64,000 nucleotides of DNA, from contig JAJYWC010000005.1 of assembly GCA_021791695.1 (NCBI GenBank), forward strand, positions 696 to 64,695, in the 5' to 3' direction. The stretch comes from an archaeon (GTDB taxonomy: Archaea; Thermoproteota; Nitrososphaeria; Nitrososphaerales; Gagatemarchaeaceae). Position numbers and translations under genes: made by a program. The stretch's first letter is position 1. The number at the start of each line of letters is the position of its first letter. The notes under the pieces are model-generated. The model ran no database searches and was not told where the DNA came from. It was given only the letters and a program-made list of their open reading frames with translations. Below are positions 1-8,894 of this stretch, piece by piece.

Positions 1-693
1 GCGGGACCCCGACAGGTCTAATTGCCCGGTCAGGGCCACGTTCCCGTTCAGCGCTTGGTCGAATTCCCAGTCCATCTGCATGTCCTGGGCAAGATCCGTC
101 CATCCGTCGCTGAAGCCTACGTAACCACAGGAGAGACGGACAAAAGGAGTTGTTGCACCCAGTGCGAGCCAAATACCTTCCTTCTCCGCCGCGAAGATTT
201 TTCGGCCAGCGAACTCGATCACATGGGCACTGTTGTCCATCCCACCGCCGCCGAGATGAGGCGCGCAGAGGGCAAAGAGCTTAAGGTGAGACAGAAGCTC
301 CTTCTCTCCCTCCACCCTTGTGTGCTGGAGGATGCAGGGGAGGTGAGGGTCTGCAATTATCTCCTTGTGGATCGCATATGTTCCTAGCGGGTCGGAATTG
401 GTGACGCGATAACCGAGGGCATGGTGGGAAAGCCGTTCGACCTTCGAGAGAAGGTGTCGCTTCTCCTCGTGAAAGAAGCTCTTGCCGTCGGTAATGAGGT
501 ATTCAAGGTCCCGGAGCTGGGGGCGGTCCACGGTCGGGTAGTACGCCTCGGTCAGGGTGCCCCTCCAGAGAGTGAACCAGACTTTGCTATCGGCGGAATA
601 GGCCGTGCCGACTCCTTCCTTGTTCCCTCTTGTCCATCTGGGTTCGATTCCAGGCCATCCGAACGCATCTTTTCCCCCACGCAAAACGTCCAT
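1..693 (-). CDS. Glucoamylase (GH15 glucan 1,4-alpha-glucosidase), 5' portion only; the gene runs off the window start
   Basis: Absent from the ORF track because no stop lies in the window. Reverse-strand reading from ATG (693-691) is open for 231 codons to position 1: MDVLRGGKDAFGWPGIEPRWTRGNKEGVGTAYSADSKVWFTLWRGTLTEAYYPTVDRPQLRDLEYLITDG... I associate this N-terminal signature with prokaryotic GH15 glucoamylases. It supersedes + ORFs 22..387 and 421..753. Confidence 0.8.
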   Translation of the reverse strand, partial: MDVLRGGKDAFGWPGIEPRWTRGNKEGVGTAYSADSKVWFTLWRGTLTEAYYPTVDRPQLRDLEYLITDGKSFFHEEKRHLLSKVERLSHHALGYRVTNSDPLGTYAIHKEIIADPHLPCILQHTRVEGEKELLSHLKLFALCAPHLGGGGMDNSAHVIEFAGRKIFAAEKEGIWLALGATTPFVRLSCGYVGFSDGWTDLAQDMQMDWEFDQALNGNVALTGQLDLSGSR

Positions 694-703
694 TCTCTGT
701 CGC

Positions 704-1603
704 CTATCCTTTGCTCCTCGCTCGAAGCCCTGCTTCACCGAGGTAGTGCTTGACTAATCGTACCTCTTCTTTTGAAAGGCGTGGTAGTGGTTCTTTCGCG
801 TCGCCCACAGGAATGCCGATGAGTTTCATGGTCTCCTTCAGACCCGCAGGAAACTTCCCTATTCCGATGGCTTGTATCAGCGGAAGCAATTTGAGCTGGG
901 CGTCCCTCGCTGAATGGAGATCGCCCGAACGATATCCGTCGAATATCTTGGCTGCCAATTTCGGAGCAATGTTGGCCACCCCGATTATTGCTCCGCTCCC
1001 GCCGAACTCCAGGTTGGTGTACGCCATGGCATCGGAGCCTGTGAAGATGGCTATCTTGTCTCCCACATCAGTGATGAATCTCAATAGGTTCAGGAGGTTG
1101 TATTCTGTGTATTTCATGCCAACGATATACTTCTCCTCAGCCAGCGGCCCGACGACCTCCGGAGGGACAAAGACATGAGTCCACTCTGGAATATTGTATA
1201 TCATCAGCGGCAAATCGACTTTCTCCGCGATCAGTCTGAAGTGTTTGTACAGAGCTTCGTTGGTAGTGGTGTAATAGTACGGCGGAGTTGCGATTACTCC
1301 GTCAACGCCTGCGTCCTTGGCGTCAGCCGAGAAGTGTATGATGTTTTCAGTGCTCGGGTCTGAGACGCCTGCGAAGACCGGAACTCGCCCGTTGGCGCGG
1401 TCCACAACTGCATCCACAACTGCCCTCCTTTCCTCGTGTGTGAGCAGTGCAAACTCTCCCGACGTACCCAAGGGGAAGAGCCCGTCTATCCCTCCCTCGA
1501 TCAAAAAGTCCACGAGGGTTCGTATGCCGGCTTTGTCGATGCTTCCGTCCTTCGCAAGAGGCGTCGGCATGGGCGACCATATCCCCTGCAACTTGGACAC
1601 CAA
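704..1603 (-). CDS. DapA/NAL-family class I aldolase, candidate 2-keto-3-deoxy-(phospho)gluconate aldolase
   Basis: 299-aa ORF with LGTSGEF, a Schiff-base lysine context VGMKYT and IYNIP. Its stop (704-706) lies 10 nt upstream of the glucoamylase ATG, and it is divergent from glucose dehydrogenase. Confidence 0.7.
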   Translation of the reverse strand: MVSKLQGIWSPMPTPLAKDGSIDKAGIRTLVDFLIEGGIDGLFPLGTSGEFALLTHEERRAVVDAVVDRANGRVPVFAGVSDPSTENIIHFSADAKDAGVDGVIATPPYYYTTTNEALYKHFRLIAEKVDLPLMIYNIPEWTHVFVPPEVVGPLAEEKYIVGMKYTEYNLLNLLRFITDVGDKIAIFTGSDAMAYTNLEFGGSGAIIGVANIAPKLAAKIFDGYRSGDLHSARDAQLKLLPLIQAIGIGKFPAGLKETMKLIGIPVGDAKEPLPRLSKEEVRLVKHYLGEAGLRARSKG

Positions 1604-1793
1604 GTTCCACCAGATGTCGCTTTGACTGCCTCCGTTAATAACTTGTCCGCGCAGATGCCCCGGCTATTCGACCGATACACCCTGTGGTTCCCAGATTCTC
1701 CGCAGGCTGACGAAACCGGCCGCCGATGAATCCATGGAATGACTATCATCATATCGAGAAGAGGTTATCTGCTAGCCACACGTGGAGATATTC

Positions 1794-2867
1794 ATGAAAG
1801 CAATTGTTGTCACTCCCGGAAAGCAAAACAGCCTCAGGCTTGAGGACCATGAAGCCCCGGTGCCTCAGAGAGGACAGCTTCTGCTGCGGGTTTTGAAGGT
1901 GGGCATATGCGGGACTGACAGGGACATAATCGCAGGCTTCTATGGTGAAGCCCCCACAGGTTCTAAATTTCTCGTGCTAGGGCACGAGTCGCTTTGTCGA
2001 GTGGCAGAAGTCGGTGGCGGCTCATCGGGTTTCAGGAAAGGGGACCTCGTCGTTCCTACCGTTAGAAGGAACTGTCCCGAAGATTGTATCAACTGCAGGA
2101 GGGGCATGTCGGACATGTGTCTCACCGGGCACTACTTTGAGCACGGAATAAAGGGGCTTCATGGTTTCGCAAGGGAGTTCGCAATCACAGACCACAATTT
2201 CGTGGTAAGGTTGCCCGAGTCCCTCTCAGACCTAGGCATCCTTCTTGAGCCATTAACGATTGTCGAGAAAGGGATAACCCAGGCGTACCTCATGCAGAAG
2301 TCAAGAATGGTCTGGAAGCCCAAGAGCGCTCTGGTATTGGGCGCAGGCCCGGTGGGGCTACTCGCGACAGCGATCCTCCGTCTCAGGGGCCTTGAGGTCC
2401 ACACCGTCGCAACCAGACCGGAGAAGAGCCTCAAGGCAAGGCTGGTCGAGCGGACCGGTGCCAAATACATAAACTCGAAGAAAACTCCTCTCGACACGCT
2501 CGAAGCCCGCTACGACATGGTCCTTGAAGTCACAGGCAACACGTCCGTCGCCCTTGAAGCGCAAAACCTAACATCGTTGAACGGCATCGTCTCTTACCTC
2601 GGGATATACAGACAGGAGCAAGCGACAGAAGATGCCGGGGAGGTGTTCACTAACCTGGTACTTGGCAACAGAGTGTTTTTTGGGTCGGTGAATGCAAACA
2701 AGACTTACTTTCTCGAGGGCGCAAAGGATCTTTCTCGCATCAAGAATGAGTGGCCAGGATTTCTCGAGAAGATTATCACCAGAAGGGAGAAACCCGATAA
2801 CTTCACCGAAGCATACTCGCCTGTCGGCGAAGAAGGAATAAAGACGGTCATCCAATTCGAGGTTTGA
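1794..2867 (+). CDS. gdh: Glucose 1-dehydrogenase, archaeal Zn-MDR type
   Basis: MKAIVV..., GICGTDRDI, FLVLGHES, GILLEPLTIVEKG and the C-terminal IKTVIQFEV parallel Sulfolobus/Thermoplasma glucose dehydrogenases (recalled). The track ORF starts at GTG 1782; ATG 1794 is preferred. Confidence 0.8.
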   Translation: MKAIVVTPGKQNSLRLEDHEAPVPQRGQLLLRVLKVGICGTDRDIIAGFYGEAPTGSKFLVLGHESLCRVAEVGGGSSGFRKGDLVVPTVRRNCPEDCINCRRGMSDMCLTGHYFEHGIKGLHGFAREFAITDHNFVVRLPESLSDLGILLEPLTIVEKGITQAYLMQKSRMVWKPKSALVLGAGPVGLLATAILRLRGLEVHTVATRPEKSLKARLVERTGAKYINSKKTPLDTLEARYDMVLEVTGNTSVALEAQNLTSLNGIVSYLGIYRQEQATEDAGEVFTNLVLGNRVFFGSVNANKTYFLEGAKDLSRIKNEWPGFLEKIITRREKPDNFTEAYSPVGEEGIKTVIQFEV

Positions 2868-3005
2868 CCAGATGAGCAGGATACTATCCGATTCCCTGTT
2901 TCGTTCCTAAGAGGAGCGTCCAGCTACCCAGACGGAAAGAAAACAGTCGTCTAGTCTCCAGGAGGTAAGTCCGCTCGAGTTCGCACGTACCCTATGCTCT
3001 GGTCT

Positions 3006-3362
3006 CTACCTTTTATCCGACTCAGCGATCTTCTGTAACTGGCTGACGCGCAAGCTTACGATAGAGCTTATCTTGGTTCTGGCTTCTATGGGTGAAGCGT
3101 TCTTGCGGCGAATGGATGCAACCTGACTCGCCAGCGACTGGTCTCCCAGCAGCTTGAACCAACTTTCGAAATCTCCTCTCTCCAGGTGAAACTTCACCGA
3201 GGTCGGATCGATGCTCCTAACCGAGTCAGCAAATTCTGCCAGGTTCTTTGACGCACTGCCGAGCGGCTCCCCAATCCCTTTGTAGAAATAGAATGCCCTC
3301 TCAGGGGCTACTGTCCTGAGCAGCTTGGTCGCTTCATCTCTCGAGGTCGTCCTGCCGGGCAT
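3006..3362 (-). CDS. Free-standing copy of an unassigned ~100-aa domain (possibly the family catalogued as DUF5752; from memory, unverified)
   Basis: ERAFYFYKGIGEPLGSASKNLAEFADSVRSIDPTSVKFHLERGDFESWFKLLGDQSLASQVASIRR aligns with the C-terminus of the upstream nucleotidyltransferase. ATG 3362 (M35 of track ORF 3006..3464) has a TATA-like box about 26 nt upstream and avoids overlapping the upstream gene. Confidence 0.6.
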   Translation of the reverse strand: MPGRTTSRDEATKLLRTVAPERAFYFYKGIGEPLGSASKNLAEFADSVRSIDPTSVKFHLERGDFESWFKLLGDQSLASQVASIRRKNASPIEARTKISSIVSLRVSQLQKIAESDKR

Positions 3363-3384
3363 GCACACTGCTTCTGCGCGGTCC

Positions 3385-3392
3385 GATTTAAG
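3385..3392 (-). promoter_or_regulatory. TATA-like box (TTAAAT on the minus strand) upstream of ATG 3362
   Basis: The minus strand reads GCTTAAATCGG, centred about 26 nt upstream of the ATG. The same spacing recurs across the window. Confidence 0.4.
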
Positions 3393-3436
3393 CCTACAAA
3401 AGGCAAGAGATGGTCCGCTTCTCGGATTGTAATCGC

Positions 3437-4858
3437 TCACCGACTCGAGACCTTGTCGGCCCATTCCTTTGTGACTTCGACAAGGTCTCGCCGCAGCTCC
3501 TCCCCGGTCACCGCCCTCCTACGGATAGCCTCCACGCCGTCAGCGAGCTCATCCGAGGCGAGCACTTGCCTGACCCATTTTTCGAAGTCTCTCCTGCTGG
3601 CGTGGAACTCGATCGATCCCATTGGCGCTTTTTCGAGCGCCTGCACAAACTCCTCGATTGATGTCGCCAGGATACCCGTATACTGACCCAATCCTGTGTA
3701 GAAGTAAAAAGCCTTCTCCAAGGGCACTGCCACGATTCCATTCACCCTTGCGTTTGCCTCTATCCGCACGTTGGGCCAGATCCTGCTACCACTGAGAATG
3801 TGGGCTCCTTCTCCGATCACGCATCCGGGTCCGATGATCGATCCCTCAACGGCGACGTTCCGTTGAAGATCTGCTGCCTGTCCGATTACGCTGCCTGAAA
3901 TCGTGCAATCCCTTCCTATGGAGGCTCTCTCCATTATTACGCTTCGATCAAGTGCGGTACCCGACGAGATGCGTGCGCTCCTCTTGATCACACAGTCTTG
4001 CCCGATCTTTGCTTCATCCTCGATCACAACCTCTTTCTCGATGAGCGCCGGTCCGGTGATCAGGACGCTGCGGCCGACGTGCGCGTCCGCGTCGGTTACA
4101 ACCGGATTGCGCAGCCCTGCGTTATCGGCATTATGTGGCGCCTTTCCATTCGTCCCCCCAAGCACCCATCGAGTGCCTCGGAGATACCCGGAAAGGCTCC
4201 CGATGTCAACCCAGAAGGCTTCAGAAACAAACCCTGAGAGTTTCTTGTCGAGCTTGAGAAGGCGCGGAAAGAGGTCCTTCGCGAAGTCCCACTTTTCGCT
4301 TTCTATGTGGTCGAGCGCTTCAGGCTCCAGTATGTAGAAACCGGTACTCGCTAGGTCACTTCTGACTTGTTCCTTGGGAGGCTTCTCCTGGAACTCTGTT
4401 ATCGTACTGTCCGCGTCGATGACAGCTACTCCGAACACCGAAGGATTTTTCACCCTGGTCAGCGCGATCGTAGCATAGGCTCCGTTCCTTCGATGGAGCT
4501 TCAGGGCCTCTGTCAACGGGATCTCGCTCAGCGTGTCCGCCTGGGCGACAAGAAATGTCTCGTCGAGGAGATGTTCGATCAGCTTCAGGCTGCCTGCAGT
4601 CCCGCAGAGGAACTCGTCCGGCTCAACTGCGTAGGTTATTCGCAGCCCTAAATTCGAGCCATCGCCCAAATACTCCATTATCTGATTTCTGAGGTATCCC
4701 GTCACCATTACAATTTCCCTAAATCCCTCTCGAGATAGCTGAGAGAGGACGTAGTGTATTGCGGGTTCAGGACCAAGCGGGATCATTGGTTTAGGACGCG
4801 TAAGAGTTAGCGGTCTCAGTCTAGTCCCCTCGCCGCCAGCCAGAACTACTGCTTTCAT
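3437..4858 (-). CDS. Sugar-1-phosphate nucleotidyltransferase (glucose-1-P adenylyl/uridylyltransferase-like) with a left-handed beta-helix and a C-terminal unassigned domain
   Basis: MKAVVLAGGEGTRLRPLTLTRPKPMIPL (GxGTRL motif), hexapeptide-repeat region (IGQDCVIKRSARISSGTALDRSVIMERASIGRDCTISGSVIG...), then EKAFYFYTGLGQYTG...FHASRRDFEKWV. Start taken at M15 of track ORF 3437..4900. Confidence 0.8.
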   Translation of the reverse strand: MKAVVLAGGEGTRLRPLTLTRPKPMIPLGPEPAIHYVLSQLSREGFREIVMVTGYLRNQIMEYLGDGSNLGLRITYAVEPDEFLCGTAGSLKLIEHLLDETFLVAQADTLSEIPLTEALKLHRRNGAYATIALTRVKNPSVFGVAVIDADSTITEFQEKPPKEQVRSDLASTGFYILEPEALDHIESEKWDFAKDLFPRLLKLDKKLSGFVSEAFWVDIGSLSGYLRGTRWVLGGTNGKAPHNADNAGLRNPVVTDADAHVGRSVLITGPALIEKEVVIEDEAKIGQDCVIKRSARISSGTALDRSVIMERASIGRDCTISGSVIGQAADLQRNVAVEGSIIGPGCVIGEGAHILSGSRIWPNVRIEANARVNGIVAVPLEKAFYFYTGLGQYTGILATSIEEFVQALEKAPMGSIEFHASRRDFEKWVRQVLASDELADGVEAIRRRAVTGEELRRDLVEVTKEWADKVSSR

Positions 4859-5004
4859 TTCCAAATGCTCTCCGGGTTTTGATTCCCTCGCCCTTATCAC
4901 GAAGATTTAATCATTCCCGAAGGACTTGAAACCGGGTTTCGAATATCAGGGTGCCAGCCGATGGCTTAAATGGGAACGCCGTGTTGCAACGCAGTCTGCA
5001 TAGC

Positions 5005-6804
5005 ATGTCATCAATCGAAGCCCGGGAGCAGAGACCGGCTGTGCCAGCAAATGAACACGAGTTAAGAAAGGTGTGGAACCTATCATTTGAATCATCGGAT
5101 GTGGCGCAAGTGGGAGGGTTGGGAGCGGCCGTTGCGACTCTCTCGAAGGCTCTGGCCAAAGACTTGGAGGTCTCATTATTCATGCCAAGTCATGGAAGAC
5201 ATTTTGACGTCCGTTTTCGGGAAAAATTGGGACTCGGCGAAGTGCGCGGGTTCGTAAGCAAGGGCGCGAGGAAAGGAGTTGACGGAAATCTCTACCCGTA
5301 CACAATCGGGATGGAGGGAGGGCGATTCCAAGGTCTCAGATACTTCCTGGCGAAGGGCTTGGACCAGAGCACCAGCCGATGGCTCGATGACTGGCAGATT
5401 TACGACGGAGAGCTATCCTACCAGAAGATGTCCCTGTTCGCTCGAGCCATGAGAGGATATGTCGACTTTCTTCTCAGAGAAGATCCTGAGAGGATACCTG
5501 ACATAGTTCATGCCAACGACTGGCATGTGATACCCGCTGCGGTATCAGTCAAACAGGCCCTCCTGGAGAAGCGGATGAACATCCCTTTGGTCTTCACAAT
5601 TCATCTCTTGAATGACAAGGGTCTCCCGTGGCATTACATGTCCGAGGACTGGTGCGGGATAAAAGATGGACCGCACTTTGTAAACATTGGCGGAGCAAGG
5701 AGATTGGTGACCTATAGGGACGCGTGGTCAGACATGTCGGGTGGCAAGTTCGAAAGGTTCGGGGCGGTGGAAGCTGATTTCGTTGCCAGTGTCAGCAGGT
5801 CCTACCTGCAATCAGACGTACTCCCTTCTTTGGGGTTGAACGTCAGCAGGAAAGCGGGGTTCATCTACAACGGGTGCGATTGGGATGAGGACGATATCCG
5901 GCAAGGCGTGCTCAGAGAACAGGCGCACGGAATGGAAGAACTCGCCGCGAAACCTGAAAGATCCGATCTACGAAGATATCTGCTAGCCAGGGCGCTTGGC
6001 GAGACCGGCACCCCCGTAATCTCGGAGCCCGAACTGTCCCGAGTCGTCGAAGGTCTCTCAGGGTTGGCCGGTATCAGGAAATCCGGAGGCGTGGAACCCT
6101 TCTCCGATGGCGGTGAGCTCGTTCTGATGACAGGAAGGCTTGACAGGCAGAAGGGTGCGGACGTCCTCCTCAGGGCCGTCCCGAAGGTCCTCGAGGTACT
6201 CCCGGCAACCAAATTCCTGTTCTTGTTCGTTCCCTTGGATGGAGAGCTCATCGATTCAACCGTTCGTAGAGCGGCCGAGTATGAGAAGAACGTTCGGGTC
6301 GTCCTGGGGCGAGTTCCTCAGATCTATGGCCTCGCTCACATCTGTGCCGATGTCTATGCAATGCCATCAAGGTGGGAGCCGTTTGGAATTGCCGCCCTCG
6401 AGGCTATGGTCACCGGCAACCCGGTAGTGGGTACGAGAGTTGGAGGAATAATGGAGACGGTGCTCGACGTACTCGACGACCGTGAGAAGGGCACTGGGCG
6501 TTTGGTAATGTCCGAGGACTACCGCGAGCTTGCGCGAGGCCTAACCTGCTTCATTGCGATGATGAAGATCGATGAAGACGTGAGAAGAGGCCAGCGCCAG
6601 AACGTGCCACGCTTGCTCGACATCATTCCCTACGACGACGTCAGAGAACTCGTCGCACTCAATCAGAGTACCGGTTCAGTGATTCGCAGGAACTGTAGGA
6701 TGAGAGTCGAAAGGCACTTTAGACCCAAAAATGCGGCTCAAATGGCAATCAAAGCGTATGAGAAGGCTTTCATCGTATCCGCCTCCAGAAACGAGTCATC
6801 CTGA
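5005..6804 (+). CDS. glgA: Glycogen (starch) synthase, GT-B fold
   Basis: N-terminal SFESSDVAQVGGLGAAVATLSKALA (KxGGL-like motif with Q in place of K), FMPSHG, and the E-x7-E motif PSRWEPFGIAALEAM. Divergent from the nucleotidyltransferase. Start is uncertain (4951 or ATG 5005). Confidence 0.8.
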   Translation: MSSIEAREQRPAVPANEHELRKVWNLSFESSDVAQVGGLGAAVATLSKALAKDLEVSLFMPSHGRHFDVRFREKLGLGEVRGFVSKGARKGVDGNLYPYTIGMEGGRFQGLRYFLAKGLDQSTSRWLDDWQIYDGELSYQKMSLFARAMRGYVDFLLREDPERIPDIVHANDWHVIPAAVSVKQALLEKRMNIPLVFTIHLLNDKGLPWHYMSEDWCGIKDGPHFVNIGGARRLVTYRDAWSDMSGGKFERFGAVEADFVASVSRSYLQSDVLPSLGLNVSRKAGFIYNGCDWDEDDIRQGVLREQAHGMEELAAKPERSDLRRYLLARALGETGTPVISEPELSRVVEGLSGLAGIRKSGGVEPFSDGGELVLMTGRLDRQKGADVLLRAVPKVLEVLPATKFLFLFVPLDGELIDSTVRRAAEYEKNVRVVLGRVPQIYGLAHICADVYAMPSRWEPFGIAALEAMVTGNPVVGTRVGGIMETVLDVLDDREKGTGRLVMSEDYRELARGLTCFIAMMKIDEDVRRGQRQNVPRLLDIIPYDDVRELVALNQSTGSVIRRNCRMRVERHFRPKNAAQMAIKAYEKAFIVSASRNESS

Positions 6805-6931
6805 CCAGGGTGCACCGCGCATCGCTAGGGGCGTGCGCCAAGTTGCCTCACTGTCGTTCCATTGGTGGTTTGACTCCAAGGTTACAGGGTTTTGTTACAA
6901 TGACGATGCCCGCAGCTGGTGCATTGGGTGA

Positions 6932-8848
6932 ATGATAATGCAGAACGTCGAACACGATTACTCCCTCTTGACGGATTACGATGTTCAACTCTTCCGCGAG
7001 GGTAGACACCATCGACTCTACGAGAAATTGGGCGCACACTCCATCGATGATGCCGACAGGTTTGGGACCTACTTCGCGTTGTGGGCTCCGAATGCGCGAA
7101 GCGTTTCTGTCATAGGAGATTACAATTCATGGAAGAAGGATTCACATCCTCTCGGTAGGCGCTGGGACGGATCGGGTATTTGGGAAGGATTCATCCCAGA
7201 TGTAGGTGCAGGCGAACTCTACAAATATTATGTAACTTCGAAATCAGGTCGAGGGACCGACAAAGGGGACCCCTTCGCCTCCAGATGGGAGATACCTCCG
7301 AAGACGGCCTCGATCGTCTGGGATTTGGATTATAGCTGGGGCGATTCGCAATGGATGCGAGAGAGGCGGAAACACAACGCTCTTGCATCTCCAATAAGCG
7401 TGTACGAAGTTCATCTTGGATCGTGGAGAAGGGTCCCCGAGGAAGGAGATCGATGCCTCACCTACCGGGACGTAGCTTCGTACCTTCCGGGTTACGCGAG
7501 CGATATGGGTTTCACTCACGTGGAGTTCCTACCACTGATGGAACATCCATTCTACGGGTCCTGGGGCTATCAAACGACCGGCTACTTTGCTCCCACCAGC
7601 AGGTATGGCTCGCCCCAGGACCTGATGTTCCTAATCGATGAACTTCATCGAAGAGGGATAGGGGTGCTGCTTGACTGGGTGCCTTCGCACTTTCCGTCCG
7701 ATGAGCACGGACTGACATTCTTCGACGGTACGCATCTCTTCGAGCACGAGGACCCGAGGAAGGGGTTCCACCCGCACTGGCGGAGCTGCATCTTCAACTA
7801 CGGAAGGCGCGAGGTGAGGTCATTTCTCATGAGCAGTGCGCTCTTCTGGCTCGACAAGTTTCACGCCGACGGACTACGAGCTGATGGAGTCGCCTCAATG
7901 CTCTACTTGGACTATGGTCGAGAGAATGGCGAGTGGATCCCGAATGAAAATGGCGGGAAAGAGAATCTTGAGGCGACGTCATTCCTGAAAGAACTCAACG
8001 AGACTGTATACAGGGAGTACCCTGACGTCCAGATGATAGCCGAGGAGTCAACCTCATGGCCGATGGTCTCAAGGCCCACATATGCTGGCGGTCTCGGGTT
8101 CGGGCTGAAATGGGACATGGGGTGGATGCACGACACCCTCGACTACTTTTCCAAAGACCCGGTGCATAGAAAGTACCATCGAGACCAGCTTACATTCAGC
8201 ATGTGGTACGCGTTCACAGAGAACTTCATCCTCCCTCTCTCGCACGATGAGGTTGTTTACGGGAAGGGGTCGTTGCTCAACAAGATGCCAGGAGATGTGT
8301 GGCAGAAGTTCGCAAACCTTCGACTGCTGCTGGCGTACCAACTCTCGCATCCTGGAAAGAAGCTTCTCTTCATGGGGGATGAGTTCGCGCAGTGGAACGA
8401 ATGGCATCACGGAGTCAGCCTTGATTGGAACCTTCTTCACTCCCCTGCACATGCGGGCGTCCAGCGCTTGGTCAAGGATCTGAACGGCCTCTACAGGACG
8501 AAGGCCGCTCTACACGAACTTGACTGTGATCCAAGCGGCTTTCAGTGGGTGGACCTGGACGACGTGAATAACAGTGTTGTCAGTTTCATCAGAAGGGGCA
8601 CAGATTCTTCCTCGTTAATCTTGGTCGTCTGCAATCTCACTCCCGTTCCAAGGCACAACTACAGGGTGGGTGTTCCAAAGCCTGGATTCTGGACAGAGAT
8701 TCTAAACTCAGATGCCGCTGAATACGGTGGCAGCGGCGAGGGGAACCTAGGCGGCTGCAGCGCGGAGCCCGTAATATGGCATGGGAGAAATTATTCCCTT
8801 TCGATTACCCTTCCACCGCTGGCCGCGATCTTCTTTGAGGGTTCCTAG
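6932..8848 (+). CDS. glgB: 1,4-alpha-glucan branching enzyme, GH13 type
   Basis: 638 aa with LLTDYDVQLFREGRHHRLYEKLGAH, YFALWAPNA, GYQTTGYFAPTSRYGSPQDLMFLIDELHRRGIGVLLDWVPSHF, GLRADGVASMLYLDY, IAEESTSWP and LSHDEVVYGK, the typical GlgB regions. Confidence 0.9.
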   Translation: MIMQNVEHDYSLLTDYDVQLFREGRHHRLYEKLGAHSIDDADRFGTYFALWAPNARSVSVIGDYNSWKKDSHPLGRRWDGSGIWEGFIPDVGAGELYKYYVTSKSGRGTDKGDPFASRWEIPPKTASIVWDLDYSWGDSQWMRERRKHNALASPISVYEVHLGSWRRVPEEGDRCLTYRDVASYLPGYASDMGFTHVEFLPLMEHPFYGSWGYQTTGYFAPTSRYGSPQDLMFLIDELHRRGIGVLLDWVPSHFPSDEHGLTFFDGTHLFEHEDPRKGFHPHWRSCIFNYGRREVRSFLMSSALFWLDKFHADGLRADGVASMLYLDYGRENGEWIPNENGGKENLEATSFLKELNETVYREYPDVQMIAEESTSWPMVSRPTYAGGLGFGLKWDMGWMHDTLDYFSKDPVHRKYHRDQLTFSMWYAFTENFILPLSHDEVVYGKGSLLNKMPGDVWQKFANLRLLLAYQLSHPGKKLLFMGDEFAQWNEWHHGVSLDWNLLHSPAHAGVQRLVKDLNGLYRTKAALHELDCDPSGFQWVDLDDVNNSVVSFIRRGTDSSSLILVVCNLTPVPRHNYRVGVPKPGFWTEILNSDAAEYGGSGEGNLGGCSAEPVIWHGRNYSLSITLPPLAAIFFEGS

Positions 8849-8894
8849 CGATTGCCGCAGAACATCGGTCGACTTCGTTTGTAGTCTTTCAAGA

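Noticed and set aside
22-753. + strand ORFs 22..387 and 421..753
   Set aside because: The opposite strand encodes an uninterrupted 231-codon GH15 glucoamylase N-terminus with highly characteristic sequence.
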